Of a stretch of 64,000 nt of DNA, positions 13,475 to 23,677 are shown piece after piece (the first letter of the stretch is position 1; every line of letters begins with the position of its first letter). The stretch is from Camelus dromedarius (lineage: Eukaryota). Below the pieces are notes generated by a model. The model had not been told where the DNA came from. It searched no databases and worked only from the letters and a program-made list of their open reading frames with translations. The DNA is taken from the NCBI RefSeq assembly GCF_036321535.1, contig NC_087437.1:68016001-68080000 (forward strand), written 5' to 3'. The position numbers and the translations under genes are program-made.

Positions 13475-13700
13475 TTGTCAACAAATATTTACTGAGTGTC
13501 TACTATGTGCCTGTAATTGTGCTAGGTACTTTGGTTACAGTGGATAAGAAGAATACGACTCCTGGTTAAATCAGTTTTAACTGGAGTGGGAGTAAAGAGA
13601 TGTGAAATGAGAGTGCAGCAAATTGTAACGAGCAGTGTTCAAAAATATGTGGGTAAGGGATGAATGAGAGCCATTATCTTGGCCTCTTCTTGAGATGGGA
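13475..13700 (-). mobile_element. L2 LINE 3' end
   Basis: TCAACAAATATTTACTGAGTGTCTACTATGTGCCTG...GTGCTAGG is the reverse complement of the L2 terminus. Confidence 0.8.
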
Positions 13701-15202
13701 CCAGAGAGAGCAGGGTGGACAGTGTCAGTGACTTCAAAACTCTAAGGAAAGAGACAAAGATGCTCTCTCTCTCACCAATCCATGGTTGTTCCAGAAAGGT
13801 CAACCCTGATTAATCCTGTGTCATGGCAGTAAAAGGGGTCAATTTAGGGCAAGATAATGGAGGTTCTGTGACCTCCATTATTAAGGAGCCAATCATTGAG
13901 CAGAAAATTACAGATCTCTCCCATACAAATGACATATTTCCCAGAAGCAGTCTAGCTTCCTGGAAATCACAGAAATACCAAGATCATAGAAATTCCGTAA
14001 AAAACACCAGTTCTCCTGTCAATTAACTTCAGTAACTACTCATTTTGTGCCTACTTTGTGCAAGGTGCAATGCGGGATTCTGAAGCATTATGATGGCTGC
14101 AGTGACTTTCAAGTATCCACTGCAATGGCAGTCTTTCTTGACAACTCATCTATCTCTGTCTTTGTCCCTCATTTTCGTATTTCTTCTATTCAAGTCAACA
14201 AACCTTTAGGCAATATGTGTCTGATGAGCTGCATGCCTAGTTCTGTATGTGACTGGGCAAGCTGCAAAAATAGAGACGGTACAATTTCTGCTACACTCAA
14301 GGTGATTACCGTGTGTCTCAGGAGACAAGAGATAATTACATAATAAAACTACAGAATGACTGAGACAGCATATAACTTAGTTCTGAACTGTGTGGTACAG
14401 CCTAGTGTGAATTGGCTAGAAACATAAAAGGTTTTGGAAATAGAGGCGTTATGAATGGAGCCGTAGAGCATGGATGATGAGGAAGAGGAAATAGGCAGAG
14501 TCTGCCCTTAACTCAGTGTTTCTGCTGCATGGAATATTTTCTTCCACTTCTCCATTGTTCTAAATCTAATTCATTGGAGTTTTCAAAATCCAGCCCAAGA
14601 GTTATAGGTGTTCCCTAAATATCTTACTCATTGTTTACCTATTAGAATCTAAATTATTTGAGGAACAGGTTCTCTCCCATCTATACTCATTTTTACATTT
14701 CCTACTGCCTACTATATATCTTTCTCTTGTGATTTCTACACCCTCATTTCATATCTCTTTATCTTCACTTGAGTTAAAATCTGTTCAACCAGTAGTCTTA
14801 TTTTATTATCTTATCATCTATCTTATTTTATTATCTATCTATCTCATATATCCTGGTTATACTCTGACTTTGCTTTAGGGGTGGCACCCTGGTCTCCTTA
14901 CTTTCTTTAAAGATTTTTACACACTAGAATTTTCACGTTAATAATAGGGGACCTCTATGCTTTCAATAGTTCTTTGACTGTTCAGGAGTGACATTGTCTA
15001 GACTTCCTTTACCAAATCACTTATAATACCTTCAGGTCCACCAAAAAGAACTCTGTTTTGTACTTTGCATCTCCTCCAAATTCTTAACCTTTACTCAAGT
15101 GGAAGGCAAGCCCTGGGAGCACTCCCATCTCTGAAGCTTGACTCAAGCTTCTCAGGGTCCCTTGTCTGAGTTGCTGGAGGACACACAAGCTGAGAATACT
15201 CT

Positions 15203-15420
15203 CAGTGATTCTCAAGGTGGGGATGCTTTGGCATGTCTGGTAGGCCAGTTCGTTGTTGTGCAGGACTCCCCCCACCCCCACGTGGCAGGGCATCTGGCAT
15301 TCCTAGTCACTCAATACCAGCAGAAAAGCCTTCAGTTACTGGGAGAATCAGAAATGCCCCCCATGCATTCCCAAACAGTCCTAGTAAGTGGTTCCAGTCC
15401 TTATTTAAAACATCAGAGAC
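15203..15420. mobile_element. hAT-Charlie MITE, MER20/MER20B-like
   Basis: Begins CAGTGATTCTCAA (Charlie-type TIR); about 220 bp with MER20-like internal layout. Confidence 0.5.
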
Positions 15421-15949
15421 TGTTGCTGTATTGCCTGAACAATGCCTCCATTCTTTCCAGTTGCTAACACTGGTGGTAGAATTCTCACCCCTGGGATGCA
15501 CCACATGACGGCTTTGCATCTACAGGTACAAAGAGTAATGGAGCATTTTCCAGCACGCTGTAGACCTGCTCAGACAATTCAGAGAGGCAGTGTGGGGAGC
15601 CATGCCAACAGACACAGATGGGGAGGAACGCCAGCCTTGTCATCCTGATTTACCAATTACACATTGTCTTCAGTGTACCCTTTACTGTATTCAGTCTGGT
15701 TTCCTAACCCCCCTAAGCACAGTGTTTGTTTTTCTGCCACATCTTTATTATCCTGGATTTATTCTATTCCTGGCAATGTTAAAACCTCTAAACTCCTATG
15801 GGAAGATGCAGAACCAGAGAGATTTGTACAATTAACTGACACAGTTTAGAATGTTTCAAAAGGCTTGACAGTGTTAGTGTTATGGTTACCACTGATAATT
15901 TATTTTGTTGCATGCCAGGATGTACATTAAAATATTATAGCAACTGGAT

Positions 15950-16075
15950 ATTGTGAAAAGACAAAGGCTCTGGAGACCTAAGGCTGCTGCTTCTGGGTTC
16001 TGTGTCCTGCCACGAACTTGGACAAGTCACTTCCCTTCTCTGGGCTTCAGTTGTCTTATATGAAAAAAACATGGA
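15950..16075 (+). mobile_element. MIR SINE fragment
   Basis: GGCTCTGGAG...TTGGACAAGTCACTTCCCTTCTCTGGGCTTCAGTT. Confidence 0.7.
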
Positions 16076-16419
16076 CTGTAGTTTTGGAAATTCAAGTGTA
16101 TAATTTCTATTAATGTTGCAATAAAAAATATAGAGTACTTTGATGGATTAAAAAAAACTAAAAAAGTAGTAAATGAATCCCAAGCCACTAACATAAATTG
16201 CCCATCTTTTTATCCCCTCCTTCCTTACCTCCCCAAAACCCCCGCTTCAGTATGATGGACTGCATTTCCTGAATCTAGAACTGTACGTGAACGCCTATAC
16301 AGAGATTGCATCGTGCTTTTGTGCTGCACATTGAGCATGATTGTACTTCTAGTCCAGTTGTATCATTAAGTAACAGTGAAGCTCTTAGAAAGGTCCTATT
16401 TTGTACATTTGTTTACCAC

Positions 16420-16660
16420 TTTTATTGAATCTATTGCATATTAGGCACCATGGATTCAGAAATGATGAAGAAAAAATTTGTACCTTCAGGAAGCTCATAG
16501 TCTAGAAAGGAGAACAGGCATGCAAAGAGGTAAGTAGGACCTGATATGTGCAGTGCTAGAGATGGGATTTGAGTGTCTTGGAAGCACTGAGGAAGGCAAA
16601 CCATCTCAACTATGGATGTTGACACTGGGGAGAGCCTTCCAGAGGTGGTAACGTGGAAGA
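16420..16660 (-). mobile_element. L2 LINE 3' fragment
   Basis: TTTATTGAATCTATTGCATATTAGGCACC...CCTTCAGGAAGCTCATAGTCTAG. Confidence 0.65.
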
Positions 16661-16823
16661 GTGATAGGATGGAGTTATAACTGGCTTGAAACTTGGCTCA
16701 CATCTCTTTTTGGAATTCCCTTTTTATTTCCTCTTTCCCTAGTATACTCCCTTATCTGTGATGGAAGGTTAAGTAGCGGGGAGCATACAGTAGCTTTCTT
16801 CTTTTCTTTCCACTGTTGTGAAG

Positions 16824-16890
16824 ACCCCCCTCATTACCTTCTACTGTACCAAGATGACACTACCCACAGCATCCAGTGTGGATGTAGCCA
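16824..16890 (+). other. Candidate 67-nt exon containing an ATG (MTLPTASSVDVA, phase 1)
   Basis: Pyrimidine tract 16794-16812, AAG acceptor at 16823, CCA|GTGAGT donor at 16891, ATG at 16854 with A at -3. Confidence 0.25.
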
Positions 16891-18238
16891 GTGAGTTTCC
16901 TTTTTATATTTACATCAACCTGTTTAAGAATTTAAGTATGTGATTCTGTAAGGGTAAATAATTGAAACAATTCAGATGTTTCAAAATTGACTTCTTGGTA
17001 TCATATAGCAATATGGATATAAACATGACATACTTTCAAGTAGGGGGAGAGAAGTCAAGATTCTCTTTAGATACCTATGTAGTTAGATCTCTCCAGGGCA
17101 AGGGATATATATATATGTTTTTTTGTTTTTTGTTTTTTGTTTTTTGTTTTTTGCCTAACGTTTTTGTATTCAATTTGAGGAGTTTCCCAAGCTTCCTGAA
17201 GCTTACCAGGAATCTTACCTTACCTGCTTAAAGCCTCTAAGGAAAGGAGAAGTTCACAAAAGACAGCTTTTCCAGGCTCATTAAAGAATGAAGCATGTCC
17301 CTATGGCCACCATGTTCTCTCCCACTCAACACCCTTGTCTCTGCCCTCAGGCAATCTGCTGCCCCTCAGCCCAGCCATCTGCTCTTAGCGATGAGCGAGC
17401 AGCATGGTAGCCATAAATCCTGGCAGACGTGGCCGTCTGGCAGTGTGAATGACAACGTACAGCATGGAGCCTTTGGCAAGGGTGAAGCCATGGCTACAAA
17501 TCCAAATACTGTGAACCAGTAGATAGAGTAAAATGAAGTGCCTGGCTCTTCCCTTAGCCCCTGGATGATGTTTCCAGAGGCGGCTATGCATCTTTGTCAG
17601 TGACTGTTGGGTCCTGATGCTTTGTGGTTATCTTCTTAGAAAAAAATGAGTGTAGTAGATCCTACTTCTTTCAACCTTTTTTAGCATTTCTCATACTTCC
17701 TTCAAAATAGTTGGTTGTTTTACTTAAAATGTTTATACGGTCCTACAAAAATAGTTGTTTTTGTGTGTGTGTGTGGGAGAGGGGGGCCCTTTGTATAGAT
17801 GATTGCCCCCCAAATCATTTCTTTCAACCAATATATTCAATTCAATGCTTTTAAATTCCAACTATATGTACCCTATGACAGAAAAAAATAGCCAATTATT
17901 TTTAGATTATTTTTTGTTAACTGTGTACTAAGTAAAGTTGAATAGTCAGCAAACCTGCAAAGCCGTTCCTATTAGCCATATGTGTTTATCTACTGCCATG
18001 AGTGTTCAGGCAGTGCAGGTCTGAGTGGATGCTCAAGGGATCAGGAAGCTTATTGGTGAGTAGCAGAAGTTAAAGCTGAAGAGGAAGAATGGGACCGGAT
18101 TTTAAGTGATGTTAAATATCGTATATTTAAAATACATCTTGAAAGATACCAAGAGTCAACCATGTTATAGATGAGTCAGATTTGCTCTTATGGTGATGCA
18201 CGCCTTATAAGAAGTTTAAGTTCGAGTCAGTAGTTTAA

Positions 18239-18356
18239 GGGAGGGTATAGCTCAGTGGTATAGTGCATGCCTAGCATGCATGAGGTCCTGGGTTCAATCC
18301 CCAGTACCTCCACTAAAAGTGAATGAATAAACTTAGTCATACCTCCCTAAAAAAAG
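18239..18356 (+). mobile_element. tRNA-Ala(AGC)-derived SINE, Vic-1-like (camelid)
   Basis: GGGAGGGTATAGCTCAGTGGTA...CTAGCATGCATGAGGTCCTGGGTTCAATCCCCAGTACCTCCA with Pol III A and B boxes, followed by an AATAAAC...TACCTCCC-A-rich tail. Confidence 0.85.
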
Positions 18357-21300
18357 ATAACCAGAGCCATACTTCAGAAAGTCCTTTGTGAAACTATAAA
18401 GGAAGATTCCACGTAAGTGCCAAATAATAACAGAAAACAGATGTTTACAGACAAACCTTAAGATGTTGAGCAGCCAGCATGACATAGGGTCCAGATGCAC
18501 AGCCCATGATGTGTTTTTTATACTCCAAGGGGTCCTGCGTCTTCTTGACATTTGACCAGGGCCTCTTTCTTCCCATCCTGCCCCAAGATATATGCAGTTT
18601 TTGTCTGATCATACGTTAAATAAAGAAACGCATAGGTGTGAGTAACTAGCTGTATCTTCCATGTATGTATATACTAAAGGCTGGATACACTAGGCTTGGA
18701 CTCATATATACAATTTAAAATATTCAGATGAAAGTTGTACAGTTTGGTGAATAGTTACAAATATGTATGTAGTTTGGCATTGCATAGGTAAAACATTTAT
18801 AACATTTTCTGAATTTTTCACTGGATAGTTGGGTATTTTGCTGATACTCTGAAGATAGCATTTCACCCTGCCCCCAGCAAAAAGAAACAAACAAAAAAAC
18901 CCCCACTAAATCCAGGGTATTTTATAACTATGTTTAAATTTCAATTGTATGTACATATTAGAGAACTTGGTATACTTTAGACACGTTTAGTTTTTCTTTT
19001 TTTTAATCTCCAAACTGTCCAGTGAAATTTCCTCAGACTTTTCTAATGATGATAATTTTATAAAGTAGTGGTTTCTTCATTAGGTGGAGTAAGATGATTG
19101 CAAGAACCAATTCTGTTCAATCACTCATAGTATTTATTGAGTATCTAAGGCATTTAAGATACTGTTTTAGGAACTCCAGGAGTACAGCTCTCCAGTAGAA
19201 GCAGTGTAATGGCCAATAGCAGCCAGGGGCATTGATAGCAGTGAATTAGTCAACATGAGTCCTGGGACTCAGACTCTGGAACTGTTTCCAAATCGAGTGT
19301 TCCCAAATTTCATGTCCTAACCTATACAATGGAAAGGATAACATTTGTTGCTTCTTGAGGAATCAATAATCATATAATGAGAAGAAGGATAGAAATGATT
19401 AAGGTGCTTTCTAAATGTAAGCACTATTTATATAATATAATAATATATCATTTCTAGTATTTTATAGATATTCATACACAGTCATACATAGTATAGTACA
19501 CATGAATAAAAATCAAGTGAGTTAATGCTTTCCCATCTCCCTTTGATCTGCTTACTTAACTTAAGAACAAGTACTTTGATTTTTAGTCAATATTTTAAAA
19601 AGTTCCCTTAAGGAGAGTTCATGTAAATGTCAAATAATAATTATAATTAGATGTTCATACCAAGTTACTAGAATACCAGCACGGTAAAATACATAATGGC
19701 ACCAGACATGAAAATTATTACAGTGTTTATTTTTATAATTAATTACAGGCACTGCATTATATTCACTAAGGGAGCCAGGAGGCAAAGAAGATTTTCAGTG
19801 TTGAGGTGCAAGTGATTTAACAAATTCCTAAGGGAAGTTGAGATCTTAATGATGTGTCAAAGGGCCACAGACTAATACTGCCTTCCATCACAAACTGTAT
19901 TCTTCTCTATATGTCTAGAGCTCTTTGCGCTCGTTTCTCCTCTGGCAGTGACTGAAAGGTTTCCTAAAGGTGTATTTATAGTTCTCTCTCATGCCTATTA
20001 CATCATCAGCTCTTTGAGAGTTAGGGCATCTGTATAGTGCCTGGCACGTGATGGGTACATTGTCGACTTGCAGGCTTGTAATTAGCTAACATTGTTCACC
20101 CCTGGCAATGTACATTTATGTTATTAAATCTCATTTCCTTTTTTCAACCACTTTCTAGGTAGCCGTTATTTCCTCGGTTAGGTAACTTGCCCAAGGGGGC
20201 TCTGTTGGTAACTGGTAGGACCATAACTTCTGATTCCTACGTCAGTGTACTTATCACTATTGAACCTCACCTCATTGAATCTCTGTTGTCTGGATTTTTA
20301 AGCTCTGAGTGAGAGGTATTCCTGCCTGGACAGAGCAGGTGCTTTGCTATCTCACTGTCCCTCTTCATACTGGCCCTCAACCCCCATCCTTTTCTGCTCA
20401 TCACATTAGGGCCAGAATTGCTGAGATGTGAAATGAAATCTATGACAATTTATTACTGTTTATGAGAGACTCCGTGACATGGCTGAGTCGACCTGCTTTC
20501 TACTACCCCGAATAAGAAGTCTGAAAGGATCGGCACATAGATTAATTTAAGGCAGCTTTTGCTGACACTGGTTACCTCTAAATGGATAATGATTTATCAG
20601 TAAATTACTTTTTTCTGAGCCAGGTTATTTCTGATCAACATGCTCCTTCTCATTCTCTCCTCCATCCCCTCCCTTGCTCTTCCTCCGTTTCTATTCACTT
20701 CTCTCTCTAACTCTCACACATATGTGCACACTTGGAAATTCTTACCAACAGACACATACACATTCACCCAATACATAATGCCTTCCAAAATAAGCATTAA
20801 AGGCATCACTATATTAATAAAGAAGCCACTTCTATTTGCTAAGCCAAACTCAAAATTGAATGTGAGCTGCATAAAAATGGGGAGAGGTTATAGGGCCCAC
20901 CATGAGGAGGGAGATGGGTACCAAGTAAAGAGAAGCTCCTCTCTGTGCTATTGCAGTCATTGAAACAAGTTTAGAACTTTATCAACACTGTAGCATTCTT
21001 GCCGACCATGAAAAATGGATAAAACTAGATCTTAGATGTCATCAGCAAGTAGTATGCTTTGTAAGTACCTTGATACCCACAACATTATGAACAACTCTGT
21101 TAAACCAACACCTCTCTTACACTCTGAGAGTCCATCTCCTAAATGTGGTGTATGGTATCATGGAGATGGGTTTGATTTACTTACAAAGAGCTCTGGGAAG
21201 GAAAAGATAGCAAACAAACCAGAGCTTTTGCAAGTCTTAAGTGAAATGCTAAGCTGTGGGCTTAGAGAGGCAGGAGAAAGAGAAGATTAAGATCGAGGTG

Positions 21301-23349
21301 GAAAAGTACATTATTGAAAGATTTAAGCAAAATTATAACTTTGGAATTTTGTTGACTCAGGGTTGCCAGAAATGAATGCCAACTTGGAGTTGAGGTCCTA
21401 GCATATGTGATTCCCAGGAATACAACTAGTCATTCTGACTTTTTTGATAGGTTGTGATGACATTTCCAGAACAAAACAGTTTTAATCTTATGCTCTGGCA
21501 TCATAAGCGCAATGCAGTCCATTGTCATGAACTGCTGTCCATTAGATAGTGTTATTCACTTGCTTTTTTATATTGTATATCCAAAGAGTAAAACTTTCAC
21601 CTGGAGTAAGTGTGGGTCATAGCTGTCCTACCTGTTGATGAGCTTCGGGAGGATGGGGGCACCTCCTGGTGATGGATTCACTAGGGCCACGCAGTATAGA
21701 CTGGAAAGTGGTCATGGGAATTGGGCAGTTTGGCTGCAGGGAGGGCCATGCCACTGTCAGTGAATGACTGAGAGGCTGGAGCGCTGATTTAAACAAGAAA
21801 AGAGCTGTTAGTAGCTTTTATTTTTATTTTTTTGCCTTGAACATTGGAAATACATTCATATTTGGGATATGAGTTAGTATCTATTAAATGCCTACCTTGT
21901 CCCCAACATTTAACTAGTCATTTGGTCGTTGATGAAAGGAAAATGAGAATAACACCATGAAATAACTCATGTCCCTCGGGATGGGTGATCTGTTCTGGAC
22001 TGTTAATGAGTGCAGCAGTTCTGCTCCTAGACTGTGGATTCCTTGAGGGGAAGGTCCGTGCCCAGCCCGGACACCTCACTCGGTGCCCCGTGCCCACAGT
22101 GAGTGTGTTCCCTGTGAATTCCTGAGTAACTGACTGCATGACTACATGCAAGTTGTGTGCTAAGTAGTCGCTGTGCTCACTTTCTAGTTCCTGAGAACCC
22201 CGCAGAACAGAGCGATACACACACTCTTAAGAACTGGATTATTATCAGAGATAGACTGTGGGGGTGGGGGAGAGCAAAGGAGGAATCAGATCGTGAATGA
22301 AAGCATCACTGTAGAGCCCTTGCTCTGGGGACAAGGGGAGCTTTTGTTGGTGTTCCCCACACAAGGGCATCTACTTCAAGGCAGTCGGTAGTCACTCAAT
22401 GTGTGTAGTGTTCACATTTACCTCCTCGGCCATCCCCTCTTCCTCCACGGCAGGCATCTGTGCTGAGCATCCTTCTTTGCACTCTCCCCTAGGCCTGCCT
22501 ACTGTCTCTCTCTTCCCATCAATATCTTTTCTAATACCCACTGTCAGAGCCACTAAAAACTGCGAGGTTTGTTTCTTGACAAATGTCCCATTTTCACAGG
22601 CAGTTGAACTGAACTGCAGCTTGTGCTCCGTTCAAACATGTCAATAAACATTATTGCAAAGACGCAGAAGCAATAATGGGAATGTATAAAACTCACCTTT
22701 ATTGCTTCTTGCCATGAATTTACACGCTGCTCTAAGCAGCTTTCACTCCCTTGGAAATCTGGTTTGGGTTGTGGGGGCCCAAGAAACTGATTTGGTTGCA
22801 GTCTTCCCTGGAGACTGGAGGCAGAAGGTAGCAGCATCCCCTGCCCCCCCCCCCCAACGTGAATGTATGCACATCATTGCAGACCATCATAGTCTTGTGT
22901 GAATGATGCTAGTTGTCACAGGTGGGACCAGGTCTCACAGGGCAGAACATCCAATGTCACGGAACAGCAATGCTTGTGACAGTACAGATCCCAGACACGG
23001 TGATATTCCAAAGTCAGGTTTCCGTGGCTGTAAATCTGCTTCAATGACAGTACTGTTGTGTGGAGGGAATACCCAACAACGCAGCAGCGGGAGAGAGACT
23101 TCACTCTGGTGTACCCAGCCCTGACGGGAGACTCAGGGCCTGCAGCTGGCTGGGATCGTCAAGTAAGATATGTTTGAGACAGATTCTAGAAAGTAAAGTG
23201 AGTCTTTGTGGATCGAGTGTCAGGAGGACTGGTTTATCCCTGGTGGTGGGACACGTCAGGGATTAGTGTGTCCTGTGGCAAAAGACCCCAGAGGGGTCTC
23301 TGAGTAGGGCTGTGACCCTGTAGCAGTGGATCCCACAAACAAGAGACAT

Positions 23350-23410
23350 TTCCTGGAAATAAACCAACCAAGTTATATAGCTCTAGATCTGCAGCACTGA
23401 AGTTGAGGCA
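23350..23410 (+). promoter_or_regulatory. Candidate TATA-containing internal promoter
   Basis: TATATAG at 23374-23380, STAT/GAS-type TTCCTGGAA at 23350-23358, CACGTCA (CRE half-site/E-box-like) near 23252, and CpG retention upstream. Confidence 0.4.
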
Positions 23411-23454
23411 GCAAGGCCCTCGAAGAGGCAGGCAGAGTCACTGGTGTTCCTTCC

Positions 23455-23485
<31 letters not shown>

Positions 23486-23505
23486 GAGAGAGAGAGAGAG
23501 GGAGG

Positions 23506-23557
<52 letters not shown>

Positions 23558-23677
23558 GCTGCATTGTTTAGATGTCCTTTACTGCTGTACTGCAGGGACT
23601 TTGACCTCGCCTACAGCTAATGCCTACTCTGACACCACCACTTCTTTTGACTTCCTTCTTTCTGCTTTCCAGCGCCG
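23403..23677 (+). other. Candidate alternative first exon ending at CCG|GTAACA
   Basis: Starts about 30 nt after the TATA; ATG 23553 (41 codons, phase 2) and ATG 23620 (MPTLTPPLLLTSFFLLSSA, phase 1) are both open to the donor at 23678. Confidence 0.35.
23455..23553. repeat. Compound (TG)7(GA)n microsatellite
   Basis: Read directly; GA tract of about 85 nt with a few GGGA interruptions. Confidence 0.97.

Noticed and set aside
18241..18312. Functional tRNA-Ala(AGC) gene
   Set aside because: Mismatches in the acceptor and D stems, a SINE-type tail, and no Pol III T-run terminator.
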